Shown in pieces: positions 1 to 11,477 of a stretch of 64,000 nt of DNA; position 1 is the first letter of the stretch; the number at the start of each line of letters is the position of its first letter. The translations under genes were made by a program, and so were the position numbers. Source of the stretch: Octopus vulgaris (lineage: Eukaryota); NCBI GenBank assembly GCA_951406725.2, contig OX597818.1, forward strand, positions 129,456,001-129,520,000. The letters run 5' to 3'. Below the pieces are notes generated by a model that saw only the letters and a program-made list of their open reading frames with translations, searched no databases and was not told where the DNA came from.

Positions 1-20
1 CATTATCATTATTATTATTA

Positions 21-100
21 TTCAGGTCACTGTTTGGAATCGAACTCAGAATCTTGGGAATCTAAACCCCAAGATTCCAAGTTCGATTCCAAGCAGTGAG

Positions 101-105
<5 letters not shown>
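21..105. repeat. Fold-back palindrome (38-bp arms, 9-nt loop) containing a B-box-like GTTCGATTCC, between (TTA)n and (TAA)n
   Basis: 21-58 is the reverse complement of 68-105 with 4 mismatches. Confidence 0.85.
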
Positions 106-173
<68 letters not shown>

Positions 174-450
174 TGTGTGTGAAACTGATAAATGTTGCCG
201 ATGCATGTGTGTGTGAGCTCACACACATGCACGTTGGCAACATTCGTCAGTTTCTGAAAAATGGGGTCATAACTCCGAAATATTGAATGCAAGGTAAGTC
301 TACATTAATTCATATATTTGTTTTCTTGGGATTTGCCTTGCATTTATTTCACATTGTTCTGGCTTTACCCATGATCCTTTATACAATATATTCTACACAA
401 TGCTTCATAGTAATTATTCCATTATATATATACATATGTGTATACACAAA

Positions 451-496
<46 letters not shown>

Positions 497-924
497 AGTT
501 GTGCTTGTCCACCAAATGGTTTAATCTGAGACTGTGGTTTGAAACTAAAGCAGTTACAGTATAGAAGACTCATTTCAGGTTTTCAAAAGTGCACAAAACC
601 ATGAACCTTACTTGATACCAAAATTTTCATTGCACTATCTACAATCTAGTCTCTGACATGATGGAATTACAGTGGAACTGTGTTATTTAAACAGGTTGCA
701 GATAGTGTGGTATAAATCTTGAATGTCTAAAATGAATCCTCCATGCTGCAAGAGTGATGAAGTGCCTCTCTAATGTCTAAAACCTCAAACACTACGTAAA
801 TTTTCACTTTAAAATTTTGCATAAACTGGTGTTGCAAATAGAGTTTGTACAGAAACAATTGTAACAAATCATTAATGATGTATTAAAGAATTTTTCTTTG
901 TTTTCTTCTTATGTGTATACATAT

Positions 925-1079
925 ATATGGATCTTTCCTTTTCTTATGTTTCTGACGAAGAGCTCTGCTCGAAACGTAAAACCCTCCTTCTTCACTTCCT
1001 TCCTGAGCGTCCAATAATACTATATTTGTTCCACGTTCTTGCGTTGTTGTGTTTTCCCTTTGTGTTTTCCTGTTTGGAT

Positions 1080-1085
<6 letters not shown>
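925..1085 (+). mobile_element. Penelope-like element terminal-repeat fragment (copy 1)
   Basis: Contains CTGACGAAGAGC..GCTCGAAACGTA, ends in (TA)n and recurs at about 1505-1635. Confidence 0.6.
948..982 (+). ncRNA. Minimal type I hammerhead ribozyme motif (Penelope-type)
   Basis: GTTT-CTGACGA-A-GAGC(TCT)GCTC-GAAA-CG-TA-AAAC: stem I GUUU/AAAC, CUGANGA core, 4-bp stem II, GAAA, loopless palindromic stem III (ACGU), GUA site. Confidence 0.65.
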
Positions 1086-1118
<33 letters not shown>

Positions 1119-1431
1119 GTGGAGGCGCAATGGCCCAGTGGTTAGGGCAGCGGACTCGTGGTCGTAGGATCACAGTTTCAATTCCCAGACCGGGCATTGT
1201 GAGTGTTTATTGAGCGAAAACACCTAAAGCTCTACGAGGCTCCGGCAAGGGGTGGTGGCGATCCCTACTGTACTCTTTCGCCACAACTTTCTCTCACTCT
1301 TTCTTCTGTTGGCCTGCTGACTTAGCCAGTGGGGTGGCATCATTTGAAGGCTAAAACAATGTGAAGCGCATTGTGACCAGCGATGTGTAGCAACATCTGA
1401 TAACCTGGTCGGTCACAGTGATCACAGTGAT
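1119..1431 (+). mobile_element. tRNA-derived SINE family A, tail type i
   Basis: Head GGAGGCGCAATGGCCCAGTGGTTAGGGCAGCGGACTCG with A/B boxes. Near-identical copies at 47620 and 61855. Confidence 0.9.
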
Positions 1432-1504
1432 ATATACATATATATATATGGGTCTTTCAAAATGTGACCTCGTGTGCGATTTTTTTTTCCTCTGTCTTCC
1501 CTTC

Positions 1505-1631
1505 TCTGGATCTTTCCTTCTCCTATGTTTCCAACAAAGAGCTCCGCTCGAAACATTAAACCCTCCTTCTTTCCTGAGCGTCCGATAATACTATATTTGT
1601 TCCACGTCCTTGTGCTTTCTTGTTTGGATTA

Positions 1632-1635
<4 letters not shown>
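1505..1635 (+). mobile_element. Penelope-like terminal-repeat fragment (copy 2, hammerhead core mutated)
   Basis: Direct repeat of 925-1085, with CCAACAA replacing CTGACGA. Confidence 0.55.
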
Positions 1636-1691
<56 letters not shown>

Positions 1692-1995
1692 CATGTATAT
1701 ATGCATGTGTGTATGTATATGGTGTATTTAGAATTTAAGTTGCACAACAAACAATCAGTGGTTAGAACTATGTTGTATTTCTGTATGTCTGAAGAGAATC
1801 CATGAGAATGATTCAGTATCAGAGTCCATGTATCAATTTGGTTGGAATCTACAGTTGGTAATGTGTGTCACAGAGTACATGGTGAAAGAATAACAGGAGA
1901 TTGTTTATAAAGTATCAGGTTTACACCATCTTATGTGTGTTTCATTTTTAATGTAACTAAATATTTTATAAACAATACCTCCTGCTTTGCTTTGT

Positions 1996-2032
<37 letters not shown>

Positions 2033-2094
2033 TTGCATGTTCATGCTTATGTATGTTTGTATATGTGTGCATATATACATATATATATACATAT

Positions 2095-2154
<60 letters not shown>

Positions 2155-2986
2155 GTAAATGAGCAGAAAAAATGTTTCCATTAGTCATTTGCATGTTTAT
2201 GTATGTTCTTAGCACACACACAACACAAACACATAACACGCACACACAACACATACATAACACACACACACTCACACACACACATACACACACGATTGGG
2301 ATATTCTTAACAATTATTTCACGGAATGATTTTCTTTGTGTTTCATTTATTCTTCAGCACCTAAAATCTCACAGTAAATACATCTGCCACCCTACTGAAC
2401 TACTACTGTTAATACAGGGCAGTGAGGAGGATGTAGATGGAGTATCTCTACCTCAATTTGTTCTAAATTTTTTCTTGTTAATTAAAAAAAACAAAAAAAA
2501 AAAAAACACACACACACACACACAATAATGTTTACTCTCAAACACAAACCATAGCAACATCAAACCTTGCTTTACTGCCACCTACTGTTGATTAGTTACA
2601 GATACTGTAAGGTGAAGTGTTCAGCAAACCCTACATTTTTAGGCCTCATCACACATAAACAATCAGTATTTTGTACTGTTTGTTACTTGGAGCCATATGA
2701 AAATACGGTTTTTATTTAAAAAAATTAAATAGAAATGAGTATCAGTGAAAGAAAATTTACAAAAAATGAAAAACTATGTTGCATATTTATGAGTTCCTGT
2801 CTATAATTCTACAGTTTTCATTTAGTTTTGTTGTATAGTAAGAAGGTTATATATATTTATATATATATATATATACATGTATATACATGTATATATATAT
2901 ATGTGTATATATATGTATATGCATATACATGTATATATTTGTATATACATATGTCTGTATATATATATGTGTATACATATATATGT

Positions 2987-3043
<57 letters not shown>

Positions 3044-4312
3044 GTAAAAAAACTCAAAATACTGTACAAAATATATAACACAATGTTGTATCATTGTAAA
3101 GAGAGAAAAACTTCCAAACACAAAAGAAAAAATCCTGTTAGATTCAATAACAAATAAAAAAATAAATAACAGAAAACTGCTTTTGTTACTGCCAAAAAAA
3201 ATACCCAAAAAAAAATGAATAAACTTAAGCGGAACAAAAATTTCATGACTGAGAGGCAAAATATATGAATTTTACAGTTCAATCAGTTTCTTCTGAAATT
3301 CATCTCAAACATATAATGAAACAAAGAGGAATTGATAATTAATTTTATGTCAAACAAGATTTTTCAATTTAAAGAAATTTCCAAGGTATTGGGGACAACA
3401 TATTGTTAAGTATAATACAAGAGTTTATAAGGTGCATGAAATGAAAAATAAGAGACAAAGATTTTTTTTCACCCCCATTAATAAAATGTCTACCAAAACC
3501 AAAAAAAAAAAAAACAGAAAAAAAACAACAAAAACATCATATGCTCCTGGTTTGCTGAAAGGCTGAAGAAGGGCTCACTTGTAAGAATTGAATATAAGGA
3601 ATGAAGTTTACAATGAAATTGTTAAAAGAAAAATGTAAAATTATGGTAAACAAAACATAGATAGAACTGGTATTATTGGGAGAAAAAAGCATGCATAATA
3701 GAGAGAAATGATAGATTATGAAAATAACATAAAAATAATATAGACAATGGTGAGGTTATAATTTCTCTGCACTGTTAAACCTCATCTTCAGAGATGAAAA
3801 TATAATGTAATGTCTATATCTATACTGTTTAGATGAGTTTGAATTATTTATTATCTGATGTTTTATTCTCTGGTTATATACATGGATCCAAAGTGGTTTT
3901 AAGCTATGAATCATTGTTTCTAGATCAAGTGTGATAAACCATTAGTTTAGAAATAAAAGGCTTTATATTCAAATCTAGTCAAATTCACTTTGAGAAATAT
4001 AAGACCATCAATAGGTAGACTACATTTAAAAATAGATTTTTACCACAATTACAAAGTTAAGAATTTTGTTGGAGCGGGTATAGTTGATTGAACTGCTCCC
4101 AGTACTTGACTGCCACTTTATTTTGTTGACATCAGAAAGATGGAATGCAAAGTTGTAAAGGGCTGGGGCTAAACAAAAGGCATTTTGTCAAATGCTCTGT
4201 TGATTCTGCCAATCAACTAACTTGTATTGTAAATGTCATCATTTTACAAAGTGAAAACATCTTAGATTTTGGGAAGGCAACAGTCGATTATACTGACCAA
4301 ACTAGTATTTCA

Positions 4313-4726
4313 TTTTACTCTTTACTCTCTTTTACTTGTTTCAGTGATTTGACTGCGGCCATGCTGGAGCACCGCCTTTTAGTCGAGCAAATCGACCCCG
4401 GGACTTATTCTTTGTAAGCCCAGTACTTATTCTATCGGTCTCTTTTGCTGAACCGCTAAGTGACAAGGACGTAAACACACCAGCATCGGTTGTCAAGCAA
4501 TGCTAGGGGGACAAACACGGACACACAAACACACACATACATATATATACATATACATATATATGACAGGCTTCTTTCAGTTTCCGTCTACCAAATCCAC
4601 TCACAAGGCATTGGTCGGCCCGGTGCTATAGCAGAAGACACTTGCCCAAGATGCCACGCAGTGGGACTGAACCCGGAACCATGTGGTTGGTTAGCAAGCT
4701 ACTTACCACACAGCCACTCCTGCACC
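4313..4726 (-). mobile_element. tRNA-derived SINE family B (CORE-like CTTGGGCAAG motif, internal TA/TG microsatellite, GTAAAAGA tail)
   Basis: Reverse complement of the copies at 8484 and 15951. Confidence 0.9.
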
Positions 4727-5179
4727 TATCAATTTTATCAATGCTGGAAGAATGAAAGACAAAGTTGGTCAGAGCAGGATTTGAACTTAGAACAAAAAGG
4801 ATTGTAACTAAATACCACAAGGTTTTGTCCTCTTGTATTTTTCTTTTTCTTTTTCCTTTCCAGAAAGCCAAGTTCTGTGATGCCAACTGAATGCCTGGTT
4901 GAGCTAGTTACACTTCAGAAACTTAAGATAATTTCAGATCCATCTTTTTAGTGTAGATTAAGTATTAAAAAATAAAAAGTCTTTCATCTCTAAAGATAGG
5001 TTCAGTATCAGACGAATTATTAACAAACTAACAAAAACTCAGCCTCTTGTATTTTCTTTTTTTTTCCTTTCTTTTTTACTCTTCATTTCTTTTTTCTTTG
5101 CTTCTTTCCTTTTCTGTTTTTTTTTTATGTTATTTGTTTATCAGAATAGAAAAAAAAAAAAAGAAACTGCTTTACTTAC

Positions 5180-5283
5180 CCAAGAATGTTTGGATCAATG
5201 GATGAAGTAATTTGAAAATTTCTTGGGAAAACCTGTCGGACTGATTTCAAAGTGTCAAGAGCTGGTTTCCAGAACCTTGTTAT
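5180..5283 (-). CDS. FUZ: Fuzzy internal exon, 104 nt, phase 0-2: ITRFWKPALDTLKSVRQVFPRNFQITSSIDPNIL(G)
   Basis: TTTTCACAG acceptor and GTAAGT donor on the minus strand. Only one frame is open and it joins the 9910-10005 exon in frame. Resembles FUZ LERWWQPLLDPLRACLPLGPRALPSGFPLHTDILG. Confidence 0.9.
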
Positions 5284-6129
5284 CTGTGAAAATACAACAA
5301 AAATAATTTGGTCTTCTTACTCATTATTTTCCCCATACAACAAAGCATGAAGCATCTTTAACATATCCCTCCCACCCATCTTTCTCTTTTTGCTGAAACC
5401 ATTTTAGGATTTTATCTTTTTTCTGCTGTTAGGTCACCCTCAGTTTCACTTTCTAGGAATTATATCCTGCAGATAGCTTTCAGGAAGAAAAATCCACATG
5501 TTGAATTCTTGATTTGACCAAACAGTTTTAGTGAGTTGCTTTTAACTGTATTTAGAATTAGTTGTAGGTTTGATTTTCTCAAAGACAAAATGCATTTGAT
5601 AATAATAAACAATCTCAGTAATAAATCTGATAACATAATTTGTAATAGAAATGTTTTAAAGTTATTTCTTTCAGGCCTGAAGATATCACAAAGCTGGACT
5701 AAAACTGGGATCTCATGATTGTGAAGTGAACTTATGTATATGTTGGTGAGTGTGGTAAAGGATTGGTAGTTTTCCAGAAATCCGAGTTCTGTAATGCCAA
5801 CTGAATGCCTGGTTGAGCTAGTTACACTTCAGGTAATTTCAGATCAAAATGATTAGGCTGGAGAGTGATGAACTCTGTCAAACTGGTTAGTTGAAATATT
5901 GAAGGAAAGACTGACTTGGTGTAAGAATTGAATATAAGGAATAAAATTTTAAATGTAATAGAGAAAAAAGAATAAAGTAAAAAAGAAAAACTAAACAAGC
6001 AATGGTGGTAAAACTGGTAAAAACTGATAGATAGAAGCTGGTGACTTACAAAGACCCAAAAAAAAATTTGGCATTCTTGAAATAAAGTATAAGAAATAGA
6101 GATGAAACAGGAGAATATATATAAAATAT

Positions 6130-6163
<34 letters not shown>

Positions 6164-6833
6164 AAAAATATATATATATATAAATAGTGAAAAGCTTTAT
6201 AATTTTTCTGCATTGTTAACCTCATCTTTAAAGATGAAAATATATCTTAATGCTTACATCTAGATTATATTTAGGTGAGTTTGATCTCTGATTATCATCA
6301 GATGCTTTATTCTCCTGGCTATGTACATGGTCCCAAAGTGGTTTTAAAGCAAAGATCTTTATTTCTAAATTAAGTTTGATCATGTTCTTGTTCGCTAAAA
6401 CCATTTGTTTAGAAATATAAACTCTGGGTCCAAAATCCAACCAAATTTACATTGGGAAATATAAGAACAAAATATAGTGTATGTTTAAACGTTGATTTTT
6501 TACCACTAACTTTACTCTTTACATGACTCATGACAATAAAACTGCCAGTACTGATGCATTAATACCCTTTCATAACCAAATCTAATGAAATATACAGCTT
6601 GTTTGTCTCAATTAATTTTGAAGATAATCTAGAAGCTGGATGAATTTAGTAAAATAATTAACCTCTACCTTTTAGCTGGTGTTTGGAACATAAGAGAATT
6701 ATGATGGAAGTTTTATTTTAAACATGAAAGCTTTAAAATGGATAGTTTTGCACTGCAGACTGTGAGAATGTCTCAGATGGATTGGTACTGAAACTGCTTT
6801 AAGTGTCATGAAACATTAATTTTCATACATATA

Positions 6834-7046
6834 CAAAGGGGTGCTGAAAAGTTCCTGGCTTTAAGGGTATCGTGAAAGACCTGGTTGGAGGCACAACCTT
6901 CTGAATTCTTTTACAGGGCTTAGAAAAATGGAAGGACAATTACTATAAGTGTGTGAATCTGAGAGGAGAATATGTTGAATAAAATCATAGTTAACTTTCT
7001 GTACTTTCTTTCACCCAAAGTCAGGAACTTTTCGGCACCTACCTCA
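6834..7046 (+). mobile_element. Internally deleted mariner element (MITE)
   Basis: About 28-bp TIRs (GGTGCTGAAAAGTTCCTGGCTTT vs AAAGTCAGGAACTTTTCGGCACC), TA flanks, residual transposase C-terminus KCVNLRGEYVE*. Confidence 0.8.
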
Positions 7047-7311
7047 TAAACTGCAACTAGTGATGTATTTAAGTTTCATAGGATAATTCTACTGGATGTC
7101 AATAAGAACCATGAGTTGATACAGATTACAGCTGTGATCAGTAGGACTGTATAATTTGTTTTCATGTTACAGAATTCCTATCTTCCAATGAAAAAACTTA
7201 GAGAAGTTCAAGTTCTTCTTATCTTATCCAAAATACTTTCCATGAAATCAAGGCAATGGGAGAAGGTGTTCTCAAGAAATAAAGGCAGAAACTCTATCAA
7301 ATCAAACATTA

Positions 7312-7930
7312 GGTGTATCTGTGTGGTAAGAAGCTTGCTTCCCAATCACATGATTCCAGGTTCAGTTCTACTGCATGGCACCTTGAGCAAGTGTCTTCTA
7401 CTATAGCCTTGGGCTGACCAAAGCCTTATGATTTGGTAAATGGAAACTGGAAAAAGTTCATCGTATATGTGTGTGTGTGTGTGTGTGAGGGCGCATGACT
7501 TAGTGGTTAGGGTGTTGCACTCACAATCTAGAGATCATGGTTTCTATTTCTAGACCAGGCAGTGAAATGTGTTCTTGAGTAAAACACTTCATCTCATGTT
7601 ACTGTGCAATCACTTTGACACTTGACGTGTGGTACACAGTGCACCTGTTCAGACAACATCGATTTGATGGAGAGAGTGAGCTAATAAGCAGCATGAACAT
7701 TTTGGTCACTATAAACAAAGCATTTGTGAAGATAGTTTGGCAAATGCTCAACGCTCATTCATTGTCTTTGATGGGAGAGTCCATCATCATCATCATAAAT
7801 GTGTGTGTGTGTGTGCTTGTGTCTATGTTTTTGTCCCCACCACCATTTGACGACCGGTGTTACTTTGTTTATATCCCTGTAACTTTGCGGTTTAGCAAAA
7901 TAGATTGATATAATAAGTACCAAGCTTTTG
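7312..7930 (+). mobile_element. SINE family B interrupted by a diverged family A-like SINE (about 7486-7775)
   Basis: B head at 7312-7470, A-like head GAGGGCGCATGACTTAGTGGTTAG within the (TG)n, B 3' half resumes near 7800. Confidence 0.75.
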
Positions 7931-8182
7931 ACAATGTGAATGAATGAATGGCTAGAAGCATCATGTTCTAGTAATTATACAATGCAGTGCCTCAAGTAAT
8001 CAGTTTATCTACATTGGTTCAGGGAGTTGCTGGTGGTGGTGGTGGTAGAGGCGACGGCGTTGGGGGGGGGTCACTTTCATCCTGGGTAAGATATTAAACT
8101 GCATCCAGTGGTCGGGTTACAGCTCAGAAGTTCACAAGTGTTGGGAGTATGGAGTTATCTTTAATCATTTATACTCCTAGGT

Positions 8183-8347
8183 CAGTGGTTCCCAACCTTT
8201 TCACTACCAAGGACTCCTTTTATTTAAATGAGTTTTCCCACGGACCCCAGGATATTGAAAGGTCTGTCAGTTTAACATGTTCATAGACCCCCAGTACTAC
8301 CTTTGTGGACCACCAGAGCTCCACAGACCACAAGTTGGGAACCAGTC
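8183..8347. mobile_element. hAT/Charlie-like MITE
   Basis: TIRs CAGTGGTTCCCAAC / GTTGGGAACCAGT. Confidence 0.7.
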
Positions 8348-8483
8348 TTTGGCCTACTCTGGCCCAGGATGTTAGTATCTGTTGAAGGCCCCTGTTAGGA
8401 GAAGATGGTCCCATGACTAAAGCATACAGGACTTAGAGAAAGGCTAACCCCTATACATGTATTACATGGGCTATGATGTTATA

Positions 8484-8891
8484 GGCACAGGAGTGGCTGT
8501 GTGGTAAGTAGCTTGCTAACCAACCACATGGTTCCGGGTTCAGTCCCACTGCATGGCACCTTGGGCAAGTGTCTTCTACTTATAGCCTCGGGCCGACCAA
8601 AGCCTTGTGAGTGGATTTGGTAGACGGAAACTGAAAGAAGCCTGTCGTATATATATATATATATGTGTGTTTGTGTGTTTGTGTGTCTGTGTTTGTCCCC
8701 CTAGCATTGCTTGACAACCGATGCTGGTGTGTTTATGTCCCTGTTACTTAGCGGTTCGGCAAAAGAGACCGATAGAATAAGTACTGGGGTTACAAAAGAA
8801 TAAGTCCCGGGGTCGAGTTGCTCGATTAAAGGCGGTGCTCCAGCATGGCTGCAGTTAAAATGACTGAAACAAGTAAAAGAGTAAAAGAGTA
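8484..8891 (+). mobile_element. SINE family B, full length
   Basis: Head GGCACAGGAGTGGCTGTGTGGTAAG through tail GTAAAAGAGTAAAAGAG. Confidence 0.9.
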
Positions 8892-8939
8892 AACAATTTC
8901 CTTCTACCTAAGGGTTAAACAGACCCTGTGCCTTAGAAT

Positions 8940-9698
8940 TAAAATTATTCTGTTGAGTGTAATGCTTGTTCATTCACATTGTTTTGAATTAATCATGCAT
9001 TATCTCATAGCTTAGTGGTTGGAGTGTCAGGCTCACAATCGTGAGGTTGTGTGTTCAATTCCCAGGCTGGGCTGTGTGCTGTGTTCTTGGGCAAGACACT
9101 TTATTTCATGTTCCTCCAGTTCACTCAGCTGCAGAAATGAGTTGTGATGTCACTGGTGCCAGGTTGTATCAGCCTTTGCTCTTCCCTTGGATAACATCAA
9201 TGGTATGGAGTCTGGAGGCTGGTAGGCATTGGCAACTGCTGGTCTTCTATAAATGACATTGCCAGAACTTGTGCCTGGGAGGAGAACTTTCTATGCGCAA
9301 CCCCATGGTCATTCATGACCAAAGGGGGGTCTTTACCCTTTACCTCGTAGATTAGAGATTTTGATGATGTGATTGTTTGTTTTTACAATGACATTGTAGG
9401 GTAAGTGTGAGAGGCCAGATCTGGCTGGTTTGAACATAAGGCCAGTAGAATATTTGGGCCTGATATCATCATCATCATCATCATTTAGCGTCCGTTTTCC
9501 ATGCTAGCATGGGTTGGACGGTTCAACTGGGGTCTGTGAAACCGGAAGGCTTCATCAGGCCCAGTCAGATCTGGCAGTGTTTCTACGGCTGGATGCCCTT
9601 CCTAACGCCAACCACTCCGTGAGTGTAGTGGGTGCTTTTTACGTGCCACCCGCACAGGTGCCAAACACAATATGGCCTGCTTAAATGTTAAAGGGTTA
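8940..9698. mobile_element. Old non-autonomous DNA element ending AAGGGTTA, with nested SINE A-like (9011-9340) and family D fragment (about 9465-9665)
   Basis: Diverged TSD TATCTCATAG/TACCTCGTAG around the SINE. The family D piece has GGATGCCCTTCCTAACGCCAACC and a (CAT)n tail. Confidence 0.55.
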
Positions 9699-9909
9699 TG
9701 GGTAAGTTCAGGAGAGCTGGAGGCTAGTAGAACAAACTGTAAGTAAACTAGCAGAAGATAACTGGAAACCACTGTCCTCTTTATCCCCGCAAAAATTATG
9801 AATCTTCAAACTTTGATATTAAAGGTCCATGATTGCTGATGCTTGTAGACAGAACATATGAATGGAGACAAAGAGAAATGAAGAAGAAATAAATAAAATT
9901 TCCACTTAC

Positions 9910-10005
9910 CTCTTTCTCGAGCTTTCCTAGAGTTGGGCTTGAACCACACAACAGACAAACTTCAACATCTTTTATTAGGTTGAAAATAAGCAGACGGTAT
10001 GGAAC
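9910..10005 (-). CDS. FUZ: Fuzzy (planar cell polarity effector / CPLANE complex) internal exon, 96 nt, phase 0-0: VPYRLLIFNLIKDVEVCLLCGSSPTLGKLEKE
   Basis: Minus-strand pyrimidine tract + ACAG acceptor (+ strand ctgtgtaatgaaagaaaaggaaaaa) and GTAAGT donor (+ strand acttac). Open frame resembles vertebrate FUZ VPHRLLTLTLLPSLELCLLCGPSPPL (recalled, not searched). Confidence 0.9.
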
Positions 10006-10256
10006 CTGTGTAATGAAAGAAAAGGAAAAAAAGACTAAAATTAGATGGAGTTGTCATGGCTGGAACAGTTTTGATCACATTTGCTTAATTAGGTTTAAAT
10101 AACAAGAAGAAACAAGACAAACATCAATGATAAATGCTACAGACATTTAAGAAACTGAGAAAATAAAGATGGAGCTAAATTTCTTATATTAGGAGTTTAC
10201 TTTAGAACACCTTGTTGTTGCGCTTGCTCCTCTATTTTGGTTCTGCTTATTGTTAA

Positions 10257-11031
10257 TCTTTATATATAAAAGTAAGGTTGTGTGTCTGTCTCCTACGATT
10301 TAGATTCCTAACTACTCCCACATTTTGCAGTGCAGTTTAACCAAAACCGGGTATCTTATAGTCGTGATTCATATCGAGCCCTTCTGGGTATTAGCGCGTG
10401 TCAACGATGAGTCTACGATTTAAAAAAAAATTTACCATAATTTTTTTCCATTTTAATGCATTTTTTTCGCTATTATATAAGGGAAGTAACTCTTTAAAAA
10501 TGTCTACGATGAGTCAACGACTTAAAAAAAAATTTAGCATCATTTTTTTTCCATTTTTAATGCATTTTTTGCTATAACTCTCTAATAATGCTTATATAGT
10601 TATTTCCCTTACAAACCCGAGCAACGCCGGGCGATACTGCAAGTCTTTATATATAAAAGTGAAGTTGTGTGTCTGTCTCCTACGATTTAGATTCCTAACT
10701 ACTCCCACATTTTGTGGTGCAGTTTAACCAAAACCGGGTATCTTATAGTCGTGATTCATATTGAGCCCTTCTGGGTATTAGCGCGCGTCAACGATGAGTC
10801 TACGATTTAAAAAAAAATTTACCATAATTTTTTTCCATTTTAATGCATTTTTTTCGTTATTATATAAGGGAAGTAACTCTCTAAAAATGTCTACGATGAG
10901 TCAACGATTTAAAAAAAAATTTACCATAATTTTTTTTACCATTTTTAGTACATTTTTTGCTATAACTCTCTAATAATGCTTATATAGTTATTTCCCTTAC
11001 AAACCCGAGCAACGCCGGGCGATACTGCAAG
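10257..11031 (+). mobile_element. Head-to-tail dimer of a non-autonomous Helitron (10257-10643, 10644-11031)
   Basis: Each unit starts TC and ends with the GC hairpin CCCGAGCAACGCCGGG followed by CAAG. The dimer lies between host A (10256) and T (11032) with no TSD. Confidence 0.85.
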
Positions 11032-11194
11032 TCTCTTTATAAATGTATCTTTATTGCTGTTGTTGATCTTATCCTTTAACTCAATGTAAATTCTCATATG
11101 GTTTCCTGTTGGTTGTATTCCTGTATGTATTGTCATGGGCCTTTTTTTTTTTTTTTTTTGGCCAGTAACCGGAATCATTATTAACTGCTACCAG

Positions 11195-11405
11195 GGTAGC
11201 GAGCTAGCAGAATCGTTAGCATGCTGGACGAAATCATTAGCGGTATTTTGCCCGTCGCTATGTTCTGAGTTCAAATTCCTCCAAGGTCGACTTTGCCTTT
11301 CATCCTTTCAGGGTCAATTAAATAAGTACCAGTTACACACTGGGATTGATGTAATCGACTTAATCATCCCTTACCCCAAATTTGAGGCCTTGTGCTTCCA
11401 GTAGA
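11195..11405 (+). mobile_element. SINE family C (central GCCTTTCATCCTTTCRGGGTCRAT-AAATAAGTACC, Meta-domain-like)
   Basis: Shared motif with many copies in the window; followed by (AAT)n. Confidence 0.8.
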
Positions 11406-11477
11406 AAGGAGGAGGAGGAACCACCACCAATAATAATAATAATAATAATAATGATAATAATAATAATAATAATAATA

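Noticed and set aside
605-645. Possible next FUZ exon at the minus-strand GTAAGG donor
   Set aside because: Weak acceptor and no resemblance to the expected FUZ continuation.
1119-1195. tRNA gene
   Set aside because: tRNA-like head continues into a SINE body, lacks a proper acceptor stem and is multicopy with TSDs.
2570-2625. miR-8-like string GATACTGTAAGGTGAAGTGTT
   Set aside because: Seed differs and the upstream arm does not pair into a pre-miRNA hairpin.
4490-4886. Recurrent ORF family (YDGLLSVSVYQIHSQ..DTCPRCHAVGLNP; also 23908, 46243)
   Set aside because: Translations of SINE B, not a protein family.
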